A stretch of 64,000 nt of DNA from Harriotta raleighana. Its lineage: Eukaryota. Below the pieces are notes generated by a model. That model did not search any database and was not told the DNA's origin. It saw nothing but the letters and a program-made list of their open reading frames with translations. Of this stretch, positions 11,213 through 22,760 are shown in pieces; within the stretch, counting starts at the first letter, position 1, and each line of letters begins with the position of its first letter. The stretch is taken from assembly GCA_050575255.1 (NCBI GenBank), contig JBNZDD010013718.1:6236334-6300333 (forward strand), given 5' to 3'. The translations under genes and the position numbers were made by a program.

Positions 11213-13595
11213 TAGTTACTGAGTTAAGTGCACAGAGAATGGTGAACAGATGCTACCTCTGTTGCTGGTCACTCAGTTATACTTCATTCAATAACTTCTG
11301 AAGGCTTAACTTGCTATCATTTCTCCTGCAGTTCTGGGATGAGGAAGGCACCAAATATCATTTGTATTACAATTGGCCTGATTGCACTGTTCAGCGTGTT
11401 GGAAAAAGGTGGCAATCTCTTGATAATAGTGCTGCTAGACACCTGTGCCTGGACATTTCCCTACATGTTGTACAGACAAGACACTGCCAACGCCACAGAA
11501 CACATGGGACTCCTGAGTGCTACTGACCATGTGGATGTCATTGATGAACACATACTAATGTGCTCACCTCTCAGAGTCTTCTCACCCACCCACTCGCTCG
11601 CTCAGACTCTGCCTGCCCTGACTCTCTTGGACTGAGCAATCACACATTCATCAGTTTCTATTTGAGATGCTTCACATCTGCAAAGACAAAAACTGCTGTA
11701 GGCTTCTGTGCCCTATCCAATCCTTTTTGTGTGAACAAACCATGGCACAGCTAACAGATGCTACTCTCCAGAGGAGCTAGTACCCTTCAGCAATCTCTCA
11801 TGAATGGATGAAACATCCAAATTGAATTTTCCTGCTGCTTCTTTTGGAAGAAGAAAACATTCGACAGAAACAAAGATTAGAAGGAAACAGAATAAAAATC
11901 ACACAGTGGAACCAGAAGTCACATGTTGGAGCTTTTGCTACTGAGGCAAAGATAGGCTTCTGGCCTAATTGCACATGATCAGTTACGTCCTGAACATCCC
12001 ACGCAGAGGATGAAAAAATATCTTAATGATATCAAAGTTGACTAGATAATTTTAGCACTGGATTCAAAACGTATCACCTAGACTGAATAAGCTGTTCTCT
12101 TTGTTACCTTCTAAGCAAAGGAAATAGACTAACGAGGGAAACAAAGGGGGAGAGAGGGAAAGAAGAGAGAAGGTCATACTGTTTCCTATTGGAGAAACAG
12201 TGCCACCGAGACACACAGTACACATTTCTCAGCTAGCAAGAGTTCCTGAATGAAATGTCTCATTTCAAGATCAAACATTACAACAGCAGATGCTGCTGTG
12301 ATAATATTTAGCAACAGACATGGAAGTTCGACCAAACTCAGCAAGACTAAGCTTTGCAGGTGTGTTATTAATCATAATTAAGGCAGGTGTGACAGCTCTT
12401 TGGCGACATAGCTTGCGAGAACTCACTTCCCTGACACAAAACCCTGGAGGAATATCGTCCCCTTCAAATCTCACTGTCCTCCAGTTTCTTGTGGAACAGT
12501 TAAAAAAGCAACGTGCTTCTTACCAGGCACCTGTGATCTTATTCTCAAGTCTGTGTTTTGCTCCAATTCTACAGAAAATTGAAAGAAGCAACTTCACACC
12601 CTTGTTTTTTCAATCTCTTCAATCCGTTGCTGCCCAGGAAACAAGTCAGCGTTGTACAAATACAGCCTGAAACTGGGAAAATAAGCAAAGAACAAATCTG
12701 TAGTCCTGACCTGATAAATCTTCCGTGCTTAACCTTCAGCTATTTATCAACTATTTTGCTTTAATTTGAAACAAAGGAATACATTCTGACTTCAATCCAC
12801 TGACAAAAGGACAAAATCCTGCTGCCATGTAAAGGCAAAGGAACTGAGGCCAATTCAGCACAATTCTGTGTTTTCTTTCATCTAGCAAAACCCATTCAAG
12901 TCACTCAAACTTGTGAATGGCTTCGCTATTCATTCCATCAGATGGTAGGTGAGATGTGTGCTTGTAAATACAACTCCTTGTTGGCTGATTTCAGCACTAT
13001 GGATAGGGTGGTAACATGGGATCGGTTGGGATGGCAAGGACGATGGAAGTTAAGATGCTTTGTTGGGAAATAAATTGCACAAATTATATGTAGCGGCATT
13101 TAAAGATTCAGTGGGTAGGATTAACCCAGACTGTGATTTCAAAATGTTAAACATTTGGGTCTTAATAATAACCCATTAATTTTTAATCCAGTATTATATA
13201 AATTGATCATATCAGAAATAAGAGGCATGATCCACACAACAAAACAATACAGTGATTTGAACCAGGAAGTCAACTTCAACCCAATTAATTACATTAAAAA
13301 ACAGCCAATTATCCTGATTACCCCAAACAGGACTGCCACATTCAGAATTAACTCATGCTCCCAAAGAAGGTTGCTGTTTGATGCCAGATAGCAATGCAGC
13401 TTTTATGCAGTGTGGGAATCTGGGATTTGTAGTCAATTCAGGCTCTTCCAGTCATTGCACTATACTACTCATCAGAAACGACTGCAGACACTAGGTTTAT
13501 GTGAACTAAATGGGTGCTTCTTACTGTTAGAAAGTCATATATGGCTAAAACTGCAGCATTAAAAGTATTTACATTAATGCAAAGTTTTCATTGCA

Positions 13596-13843
13596 AATAC
13601 AATACACAATTATACTGTGCCTTTCGCATCAGGAGGATGTCTCAACGCTGCTAGTTGAGCATCTGAGCAGAGGTGAATGGGAGATGAAGAGGGTGTGAAG
13701 GGGAAAGATGACAGAAAGCGTGGTCAAAGAGATATGTTTTGAGGTGGAGTTTGAATGTGGAGAGGGAGGGGGTGAGTTGGAGAGACTCCAGGATGGAATT
13801 TCAGAGAGCAGAGCCAGAATGGCTGAGAATTCCCCTGCCCATG
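13596..13843 (-). mobile_element. L2-clade LINE 3' fragment
   Basis: gcctttcgcatcaggaggatgtctcaa tail plus ggatggaatttcagagagcagagcc (SA..LWNSI on minus); a second isolated tail at about 13928-13985. Confidence 0.75.
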
Positions 13844-15498
13844 AATTTACAGAACTAAAATAGTCCTAACTCTGGATTTGAACAAAATATTGAGGAACCA
13901 TTGAATAACAACAAAAGTCGACAAAAGTCAACAACAACAAAATTACATTTCCAGAGCGCCTTTCATGTCGGGAGGATGTCCCAAGTTGATACCTTTGATA
14001 CCTGACACCTTCAGTCACACCTTCACAGGTGCCATGTGCTGTAATAACTATTTTTAGGGTGCCTATACAGATTGTAATATGATAGTTTGCATAAATAGAA
14101 GTGATTTTAAAATCATAATTTCACTTAAAATCTCATGTTCGTGGCCTGATTTTGTTTCCAGGGTATAAAGTTACACATTTTATTTGATGGCAAGTTCTCC
14201 TCTTAAGCAATTTTTTTTGTAAAAATAAAATAACACTATGTAGGTAGAGTGTTCAAGAAATGGAAAGAATGGGGAGAGTGAGAGGGAGAGAGAAAGAGCA
14301 ACATAGAGAGAAAAAAAAGAGTGAGAGAGATAGAAAAAAAGAGAAAAAGAGACAGATATAGAGAGTTATTTTATCCTGTCATTTTGGGTACCTCAGGAGC
14401 TAATCCATATGGTGTGTGTTTGTGGTTCTGAGAGACGAGGATACACTGGAATAGTTGACACATTCTTCAAAGAATTCTCATATGAAGAATTGATCACTCT
14501 GACTGGTAAACTGTCAAACTGTACCTCAGATCTGAGGAGACGAGTTTTCTGCTTGCAGTAATAGATCTTCAGCTGATGACCTGGTGCACATCTCAAAAAA
14601 GTTGTTGCTACATTCCCTCCATCCGATTATATCAAAATTCCAGAATAACGCTTTTGTGTTATTGCATATTTCTGCAGCCTGAGGTGCTGCCGGGACTTGA
14701 GAGAGACATTTGTTGTTTGCAGTACAGATATAGATCTCAGAAATACACTGTTTACAGCATTTCATGATTAATTAATCACTGCAAATCCCTAAATGAGTGA
14801 ATAATACCATAAATAATTATTACCGATTTGATTGTTTTTCTCCCTTTCCCTCTCGGTTTCGACGATGCAGTCTTCTAATCCTAAAGGGCCATGCTGATTT
14901 TCATTAGTTAAGCAACGTGATAACATTATGAGGCGAATTGCATTCTGAACACAGACTCGCATTATCTCATTGATACAAACTGATGCAAAAATTACAAATT
15001 AAACAATGAGAAAAATTAAACAATTTGAAGTATCATCCCCCCATCCACCCACCAGCCCTATTTATCAAGATTATAATCCACAGCAAATTAAAAATTAAAT
15101 CTACACAGTGGTTTAATTTTTTTATAACGGAGGGCCCAATGAACCTGAAAGAATGTCAGCTACAAACGGGAGGATGGTGGTTGGTCTAACAGTGTCTCTG
15201 TTACACTAATTGCATGCTTTCGCATTCCATCAAGAATTTGATGGCATTGGTAGAGTTTTTTTAAAAAAAAAGTTGCTTTACATTTTTAGGTCTTTGTATC
15301 TAGGTTGAAAGGAATGGACAGTCAACCTGCTCTGATTGCTTTGCTGAAGTGTCTGTGCAGTTGTCTAGTTGATACCAAGTGCATTCAAGTGGCCCTAGTC
15401 TTTGCCCACTTGTGCTGACTGCCGGGATACTGCCCACCTCCAGTTGGCCACTAACTTCTGACAAGACCCCGGTGCTTGCCAAACTGCAGCACAACCGT

Positions 15499-15875
15499 AA
15501 ATAATAATCCTTGCATTTCATATAATAATCCTTGCATTTGATTCAGCGCCTTATCACGTCTTCGAGACCTCTCAAAGCACTTCACAGAATATAGTGTATT
15601 CCCTGTGTATTTTGTGGGTGAAAGGCGGCAGCCAATTGTGCACATCAGTGTACCACAAACAGTCATGGATTGAGTGTGGAGTTTTTTTTAGAGGGAATTA
15701 TTACTCCAGGAAAAGTGATCCGCCAATGGAATAACAACCCAGGTTCATACTTACTGCTAGGTAAACAGAGGCATGTGGAGTGAAGAAACTTGCCCAATGT
15801 TTTGCACTGCTGGGAATTGAAACCAAGTCACCTCGCTTGCAAGGCAAGTGCTCTAACCATTGAGCTACAGGACTC
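15499..15875 (-). mobile_element. Full-length tRNA-derived SINE, long form
   Basis: Box A TAGCTCAATGG and box B GGTTTCAATTCC on minus, ttgggcaagtttcttcactccacatgcctctgtttacc core, L2-like tail ending (TTA)n. Confidence 0.92.
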
Positions 15876-17692
15876 TACAATGCAATGGAGCTGCACCACT
15901 GCATGACCTGCGGGAGTCGTAAACTGAATGAGTCCCACCTTGACCAATCCAGCATTCTCCATGACTGAACTGGTTTCTCACCCAGACTGCGAGCTCAAAA
16001 TTGAGACGTGGGTTTGCACCACAACCTTTTGACTTAGAGGCCACACTATTACTAACTGACCAACAGATTTTTTGATAATGAAAGTATAATTAAGGGCAAT
16101 TTGCACTTTGCAAATTGTGCTTTGTTATGGGTGTGACCAACTGAATGTTGACCTTACATTTAAGTGCTTTGAGATGTCTGGAAGATGTAAAAAGCGCTAT
16201 ATCAAATGCAACGATTCTCATTGTTATTATTATTACATTGCAGCTTCTGTGTCAAGTGAATATTTCTGTGAGAATGTGGAATACACTGCCCCCAGAAGGC
16301 GATATATGTAGAAAGGAATGAATTGTGTAATTCTTTTAGGAGATTAATAATATTAATAATGATAATGAAGAATAACTTTCATGTATGAAACATCTTTCGT
16401 ACAATGTCTGGCTCAACCAGCATGAACCATACCTCCTGCTGGTCAGTTATGGAACAAGATTGATAGCAGATGATGGATGGATGGACAGTCAGGTCAGCTC
16501 AGCTCAGGCCATTCGGAGCTGCTGGCTGCAGGACATGGAAACAAGACAAGCTACTGTACTTATCTCAGAAATTTGCTCCCAAAGCTTCAATCAGCAACTG
16601 AATGAATCACTTTGGGAAACTTCAAGAGGTGCCTGGCTTGCTAAATGACTCCCAACCAGCACAATTACAGTAAAACACAGAACAGGACATTGCCATTCAG
16701 CATCTGAAATTTTCACATTTAGCACTTTACTTTTGTGATTTGTGGAGTCCAATTTGCTGCACGTTTTAAAGGGATTTCTAAGTGTGCTGTACTACTCCTG
16801 ATTTCCAAGCTTCCCTATTCATGTGACTTGAGTTCCTTATTAAGGAACTACCAGAAGTTAGACTCAACATAAACAGTTTCCGCAATGACGCCTCGAAAAG
16901 GATGATAAGCAGAAAATGTTCAGCGTGATAAATGAAACCCAAGCAGATTCTTTTCATTTAAGACAAACACAAATGGTCAAAAAGGTACAAAGCAGACATG
17001 ACATTTTTCTCTGAGACACGTTAATTGTTACATTTGTTGACCCATGTGGTCAATATTGTAGCATATTTTCTGTGAAGATTTGCCTTTTGCTTTGTCCAAT
17101 ACTGTAGACCCACACTAGCCAGTAAAAGACTTGTATTCGCTCACATTTGAGACAAAAATGTACTGCATTGTGCTTTTTTTTTTAAAAGTTGAACATTTTC
17201 AGACAGTCGCTCAACTTTAAAGGAGAGCCATAATACTGAAAGCTAATTGACAAACTTTTGTTTTTGACACAGTTTTACCCATATATGGCATAATGGCATC
17301 GAAAGACATCGCCACGGCAACTTTTGAATGGCATCATCAGTACACACAGCTTTATTCTATTCTCCCCGCTTCCCAAACATTTCTCATTAACAATGGGAGT
17401 TTGGCAATGAGAAGATCCAACAGGCCTTTTTAAAGGAGACAACATTTTACTTCAAACCATTTCAAATGATTCGCATACACATTGAAGGAATACTCCAGGA
17501 CATAAATTCACAGTAGCCCTACCCTTGAGTATTCAATAGAGGAATAGCTTCCATTTATTCTATCTAATTGTTAAAAACAAATATTTCAAATTTCTTTATT
17601 TAAAAAATTTTTGAGACTAGCCTCCCTATAATGGAAATCCCTTGATGTAATTCCAAGTTCATGTGTCAGCCAGGTACAGTTGGGAGCACTTT

Positions 17693-17996
17693 TAATAATA
17701 ATAATCCTTGCATTTGATATAGCGGTTTTCACGTCTTCTAGTCTCAAAGTGCTTCACAGTACTGTAAACTGAATTGACTGTATATTTTGTGGGCAGAACG
17801 TGGCAGCCAATTGCACACAGCAGTGTGCCACAAACAGTCGTGGATTGAAATGACCAATATTTTTTTTTAGGGATTATTATTAGGCATATGGAGTAAGGAA
17901 ACTTGCCCGAGGTTTCACCCTGACCTGATCTGCCTGGATTCAAACATAGATCTCATGCTTGTAAGGTGAGTGCTCTAACCACTGAGCTACAGGACT
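17693..17996 (-). mobile_element. Full-length tRNA-derived SINE, short form
   Basis: gtcctgtagctcagtggttagagcactc head to gctatatcaaatgcaaggattattatt tail on minus. Confidence 0.93.
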
Positions 17997-19699
17997 TGTT
18001 TCCTAAATCAGAAAATGGCCAGGCTGATGCCCCAATACTTTGAACTCACAGTCTAAGTTGAAACTGAATTGTACTGCAAAACTAAGGGGGCATAATTCCA
18101 CCCCAGCCTAGATTTATTCTGTTTATTCTTAGCTTCCCAAAGAATGCAGAATTTGCAGAAAATTTTAAATCCCACAGTCATTTTGAGGTAACTTTATTTT
18201 AAGAACCATAGAAAACTGGCTTTGAAGCTAAGACTGAATTCAACAATTGATCAAATTCTCCATGGTCTGAACCACTAACAAAAAAGAGGGAATCTAGACC
18301 CAGGTAGAATTTTCCTTCAAACTCTTTAACGTTTACATTATAAATCAATGCTCTTTCACTGTTTGAGTTCCGTAATGCACACACCTCCACCGTCATTGCA
18401 ATGTGTTGTTCTCTCAAGTGCTACGTTTGTTCGTTGGTACAAAATATGTCAACATGTACAGCTTCAGCATATTGCAAGGTGCGTTTCCAGGGCAACAGCA
18501 AGATTTTGGAATAAATAAATCTGTGCTAATTATTTTGTCGTGCAATTCGATTTCTCCAACTATATATGGTCACATTGTCACTGTACGTGGTCAGCGTAAG
18601 GCTGCTCTTCAACTGATTTTGATGTAATAACTGCTGATTATTATAGGAATGAATAAAAAAAATTATAGTTCCCTCCACCATACACACACACAAACATACA
18701 AAATACACACACACATTGCTACTTGCAGCTGAGCAGTGATGGTGTGTAACAAACATTCAAGATGTAGCCCATTGACTGTGCTTCAGAATAGTTCAGTGAC
18801 CTATTTGTGCCTACAATATTGGGTGTGTGGACATAAAGGATGATGGCAGAAACTCTGTGTTACCCGATTATGTTGCCTACAGTTAAACTACAACTGTACC
18901 TTAGTATTATTAATAAACGTTAATTATTTCTGTTCTTCTTCCGTCAATAGGTTCCTAAAATAAAATGGCATCCGACAACTCTTAATTAATTTACTCCATT
19001 CCATATTATTTCACTAAACACACCTCTCCCCCAATCCCCCATCCAACCCTTTAACTCCACCCAATTCTTCTTACTCAATCAACAATCTTCTGCAAATATG
19101 AACTGAATTTCTTGTCACTTCTAAAGAGAACGAAGGATTACAATACAATATAAAGTTATATGCCTTTCACATCAGTAGGACAGTCATTAACATCTTTAAG
19201 GGCACTTATAATAGAGGAGTCAGACACAGCATTCATCACCGAGTCTGTGAGCTCACTAGCAAAGACAGTTTTGGAGATTTATATCATTACCACTCATGTT
19301 TGTGAATGAGCCAAAGAAACTTGGTCAAACAGTTTTTTTTCATGAAAAATGTTATTCTGCTACACGTGCTTATAAATAGAAGTTGTTCTAATAGGTCATT
19401 TAGTCCATCACTTTTGTGCCGCTATGCAGGTTTGACCTTGCAGAATGAATGTTTATGTTTATTAACTTGTCATTGAAATATAAGAATATATTCCTTTTAT
19501 TTGGGCAAATATCACAAAACTTGGTTTCACTCTCTGAGCCTTACCTTGTTTGCAAATGAACAATGATTTTGGAAGTGTAACATAATTGCAATCTACCAAC
19601 ACTTGTGTAAAAGCTGTTTGTAAATACAGGAAAAGGCCTCAAACACTCAGCAATGTTAATACTCAATACGTTTTTAGCAACATGTCACAATATTATTAG

Positions 19700-19961
19700 G
19701 TCCTGCAGCTCAGTGGTTAGAGCACTCGCTTTGCAACCGAGAGACCTGGATTTGATTTGAAGCAGGGCAAAACCTTGGGCAAGTTTCCTTAGTTCACAGG
19801 CCTGATAATAATATTTTTAAAAATCAATAATTAATTGCTCATTTGAATCCACAACTGTTTGTGGGACACTGCTGTGCACAATTGGGTGCCACATTTTGCT
19901 CATGAATATACAGTCAATTCACTAAAAGGCACTATATCAAATGCAAGGATTATTATTATTA
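19700..19961 (+). mobile_element. tRNA-derived SINE, short form (internal deletion in tail)
   Basis: gtcctgcagctcagtggttagagcactcg...ccttgggcaagtttccttag...atcaaatgcaaggattattattatt. Confidence 0.9.
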
Positions 19962-19974
19962 GGTTAAAACAGAC

Positions 19975-20152
19975 CTCCTTCCTTCTACCTCTCTATCTCA
20001 CTTACTCTCTGTCACTAAGCCCCACTTCAAAACTTATCGGTTCGACCATGCCTACGATCCCCTCTCCTCTCTTCCTTCCTTGGTGACCAACGCATCTATG
20101 TAAAGTACTCCTAGACGTGTGAAACGAGTTATACAAATGCAAGTTGCTGTTG
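19975..20152 (+). mobile_element. Decayed L2 3' fragment
   Basis: cacttcaaaactta...ttcgaccatgcct and atacaaatgcaagttgctgttg tail. Confidence 0.55.
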
Positions 20153-21877
20153 CAAATCTATTATGCTTCTGCCTAATCGTGGTCTGTTTCTGTCACTACT
20201 TGCGGTGATAACATATTATTCAAACCTTCGTAGCAGGGAGTTTCATCAACTGCTTATCGAATGCCAAATAAGGACCAACATTTTGTTGTTAACCCTTTCC
20301 TTCAGCGCCTTCATTTTCTCTTTACAAAATAGAAAAATGCGATAATATCTTAGTGAGTAGCTGAAAATGTTCTCGGTTTTCTGATATTGTCACAGCGCCT
20401 CTTACCAACCTTGTTTTCCCTTCTGTGAACACACTAAGCACAGCCAGACAACTTGGTCAGGATTAATTGCAGTTGAATTCAACATGACAGCACTTGAACA
20501 TACTTCAGAATATTTTATCATCTTCACCATACTTTCAGAGATGTTCAGTGTTCACAGCAAATCTTATAAGGTTAAACAAGCAAAGAAAAACGCAAACCAA
20601 CAGCTGTACAGAATTGGGAAGTTTATCACAACAGGATCTGTTTTGGCACAAGATAAATTACATGTTAAAAAGGTTCCTGAAGTGTTAAAATCCACAGTAA
20701 TTAAAAGCTTCCTATTCGTCACAGTAAACAGCAGTACAATCCACATCAATAAAAGCCACTGCACAAACATAAAACAAACTGTTTACAACTCAGGGACATA
20801 GCACTTTAACCAAGCTTAATATACCTATTTAAGAATAGTAATCCTTAAAATCGTTCATATACTTAGGCAGGTCTCAAAAGCAATTAAAATGAATCTTTAA
20901 AGAATGTAACACATTGCTATAATGTGATCTTCAAGCAGCTATATTTAATGATAGTTAAGGTCTAGCATTGTACATTGTACACAAACACACGGTGACTGGC
21001 ATGTGCGCACACTCACTCGATTCATAAAAATAAATCACAATTATATGCTTCTGAATTATTGCTGGCTTGTGCAATTGAAATAACATCTAAATTAATACCA
21101 TTTTAATAAATTGTGGAGAGATAAATGAACAAGATGAGATTGTGTCAATATTTAATGAGATCTTCACCAAACGTAGTGTGGAAACGGCTCCAATCATGTC
21201 TGTGACACTCCTAATTCCTATCCGTAATGAACAAAGGAACTATATAAATCTATGAAATGGTTTAAAGACAAGCGCAATGCTGTTCCCTGTTGTTAGTCCT
21301 CATACTGGCTTGTTTCTTTTGGTGATAAACCAGTGTAGAATTAGTAAAATGTCAGCGTCTGGCTCGGGTTGAAATATGTAAAACATTACATCTTGTACCA
21401 TTAAGCCAAATACTCGGGCTAAGAGCCAGCATGATGCCAATTAACATAGTACAAGCAAACACACAACACCCTGCAGTCCCTGATTAAAGTGCATACTCAC
21501 AGTGTAATTTACCTCACACCAAAATATGTCATTCAGCACACATATGTAACACTTTCATTAACCCATACTTAAATTACTGTAACATTTATCAGCTGCCTGT
21601 CATTGCGAGGATCCCTAGAAATGAGTCTCAGTCCAGTTTTGGAAGGCGTTTTTGGACAGGGATAACTCAGAGATGACGTATTGATTGTTTAAAGAGTGCT
21701 TTTCTCGTTAAAATAACTTAAACATCAGCAACAAAGCCTTCTGGTTGCTTTAACATTAGTTTGTGCTCCAAAAATGATTTTTTACAAAAGAAAATGAGTG
21801 TCAAAAATGTTCCTGAGCTTATCAGTGTCCATAGAGATGCAGTCACTATCGGAAGTACCGTTATCAGCCATGATGCC

Positions 21878-22131
21878 TCAAAACACTGTCCCTCAATCCC
21901 TCCACCCTGCCCCCTCTCTCCCACTTTACAAGACCCGCCTGAAAACCTTCCTCTTCGGCCTTCGGCACCTCCCACCAGGACCCCAGCTTGGAGTCAGGCT
22001 CCGCCACTGTTACCGCCTTGGGATGTCCTCCCAATGTAAATGTAATTTTGTTGTTTTGTTGCTGTGTTGTTAGGTGCTCTGAGACGCTACCCTGTGTGGA
22101 GGGCACTATATAAATACAAGTTGTTGTTGTC
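21878..22131 (+). mobile_element. L2-clade LINE 3' end with two consecutive tails
   Basis: YKTRLKTFLF coding remnant; tail A gggatgtcctcc...aatgtaattttgttg, then tail B gctctgagacg...ggagggcactatataaatacaagttgttgttg. Confidence 0.85.
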
Positions 22132-22578
22132 ATTGATACAAGGGTTTCACTTGAGTGGTGTGTTAATTCAGCTCCTCTACGTTTGGTTCAGGAATTCCTC
22201 CAAATTCTTTGCTGATGTCATCAAAATTTACTGTTTAAAGACAAATATATACATATTTTAAAAACACATACAAAGGCAGATGGAAGACAGGGGAAGTTAA
22301 ATTAATCCAAGTCTGTTTGATTGCCGTGTTCGTGTAGTTCTGAGGAGGGGATTCCTTTTCTCAAGATGACAGAATAGCCTTCACCCACGTTCTAAAACAT
22401 TAGAACATCTAAAACATTCTAATACATTCACTTCTCATCTTGACTCCAGATCATGTGGAGTTAGCTGCTGCTGTTAACCATGGAAGGTTAACACTAAAGT
22501 AGCCAGTGGACAATCCTGCGCTGGGAACTCTTGATACTTTGCATATTGCTGTAGAATATTAGCAGGTTTTAAACAATA

Positions 22579-22760
22579 CAGTGAAGCGGTTTTATAATGA
22601 CCACCCTTGAGACCGACTTCAGATGGTCTTTACAGACAGCTAAGCTCTTAATGCATGTTTGAGTCGGAACCGTCTCTGTATTGCTGGAATTATCATTGAA
22701 AGGTCACTGTGGACAGGAGTTTGTTTTGGGCAGGCTGTTCTTCAAAAAAAGGTTTCTCTG
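22579..22760. mobile_element. Tc1/mariner-pogo (Tigger-like) MITE
   Basis: TA on both sides (22577-78, 22761-62); termini CAGTGAAGCGGTTTT... and ...AAAAGGTTTCTCTG match 18/27 as ungapped inverted repeats. Confidence 0.6.
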
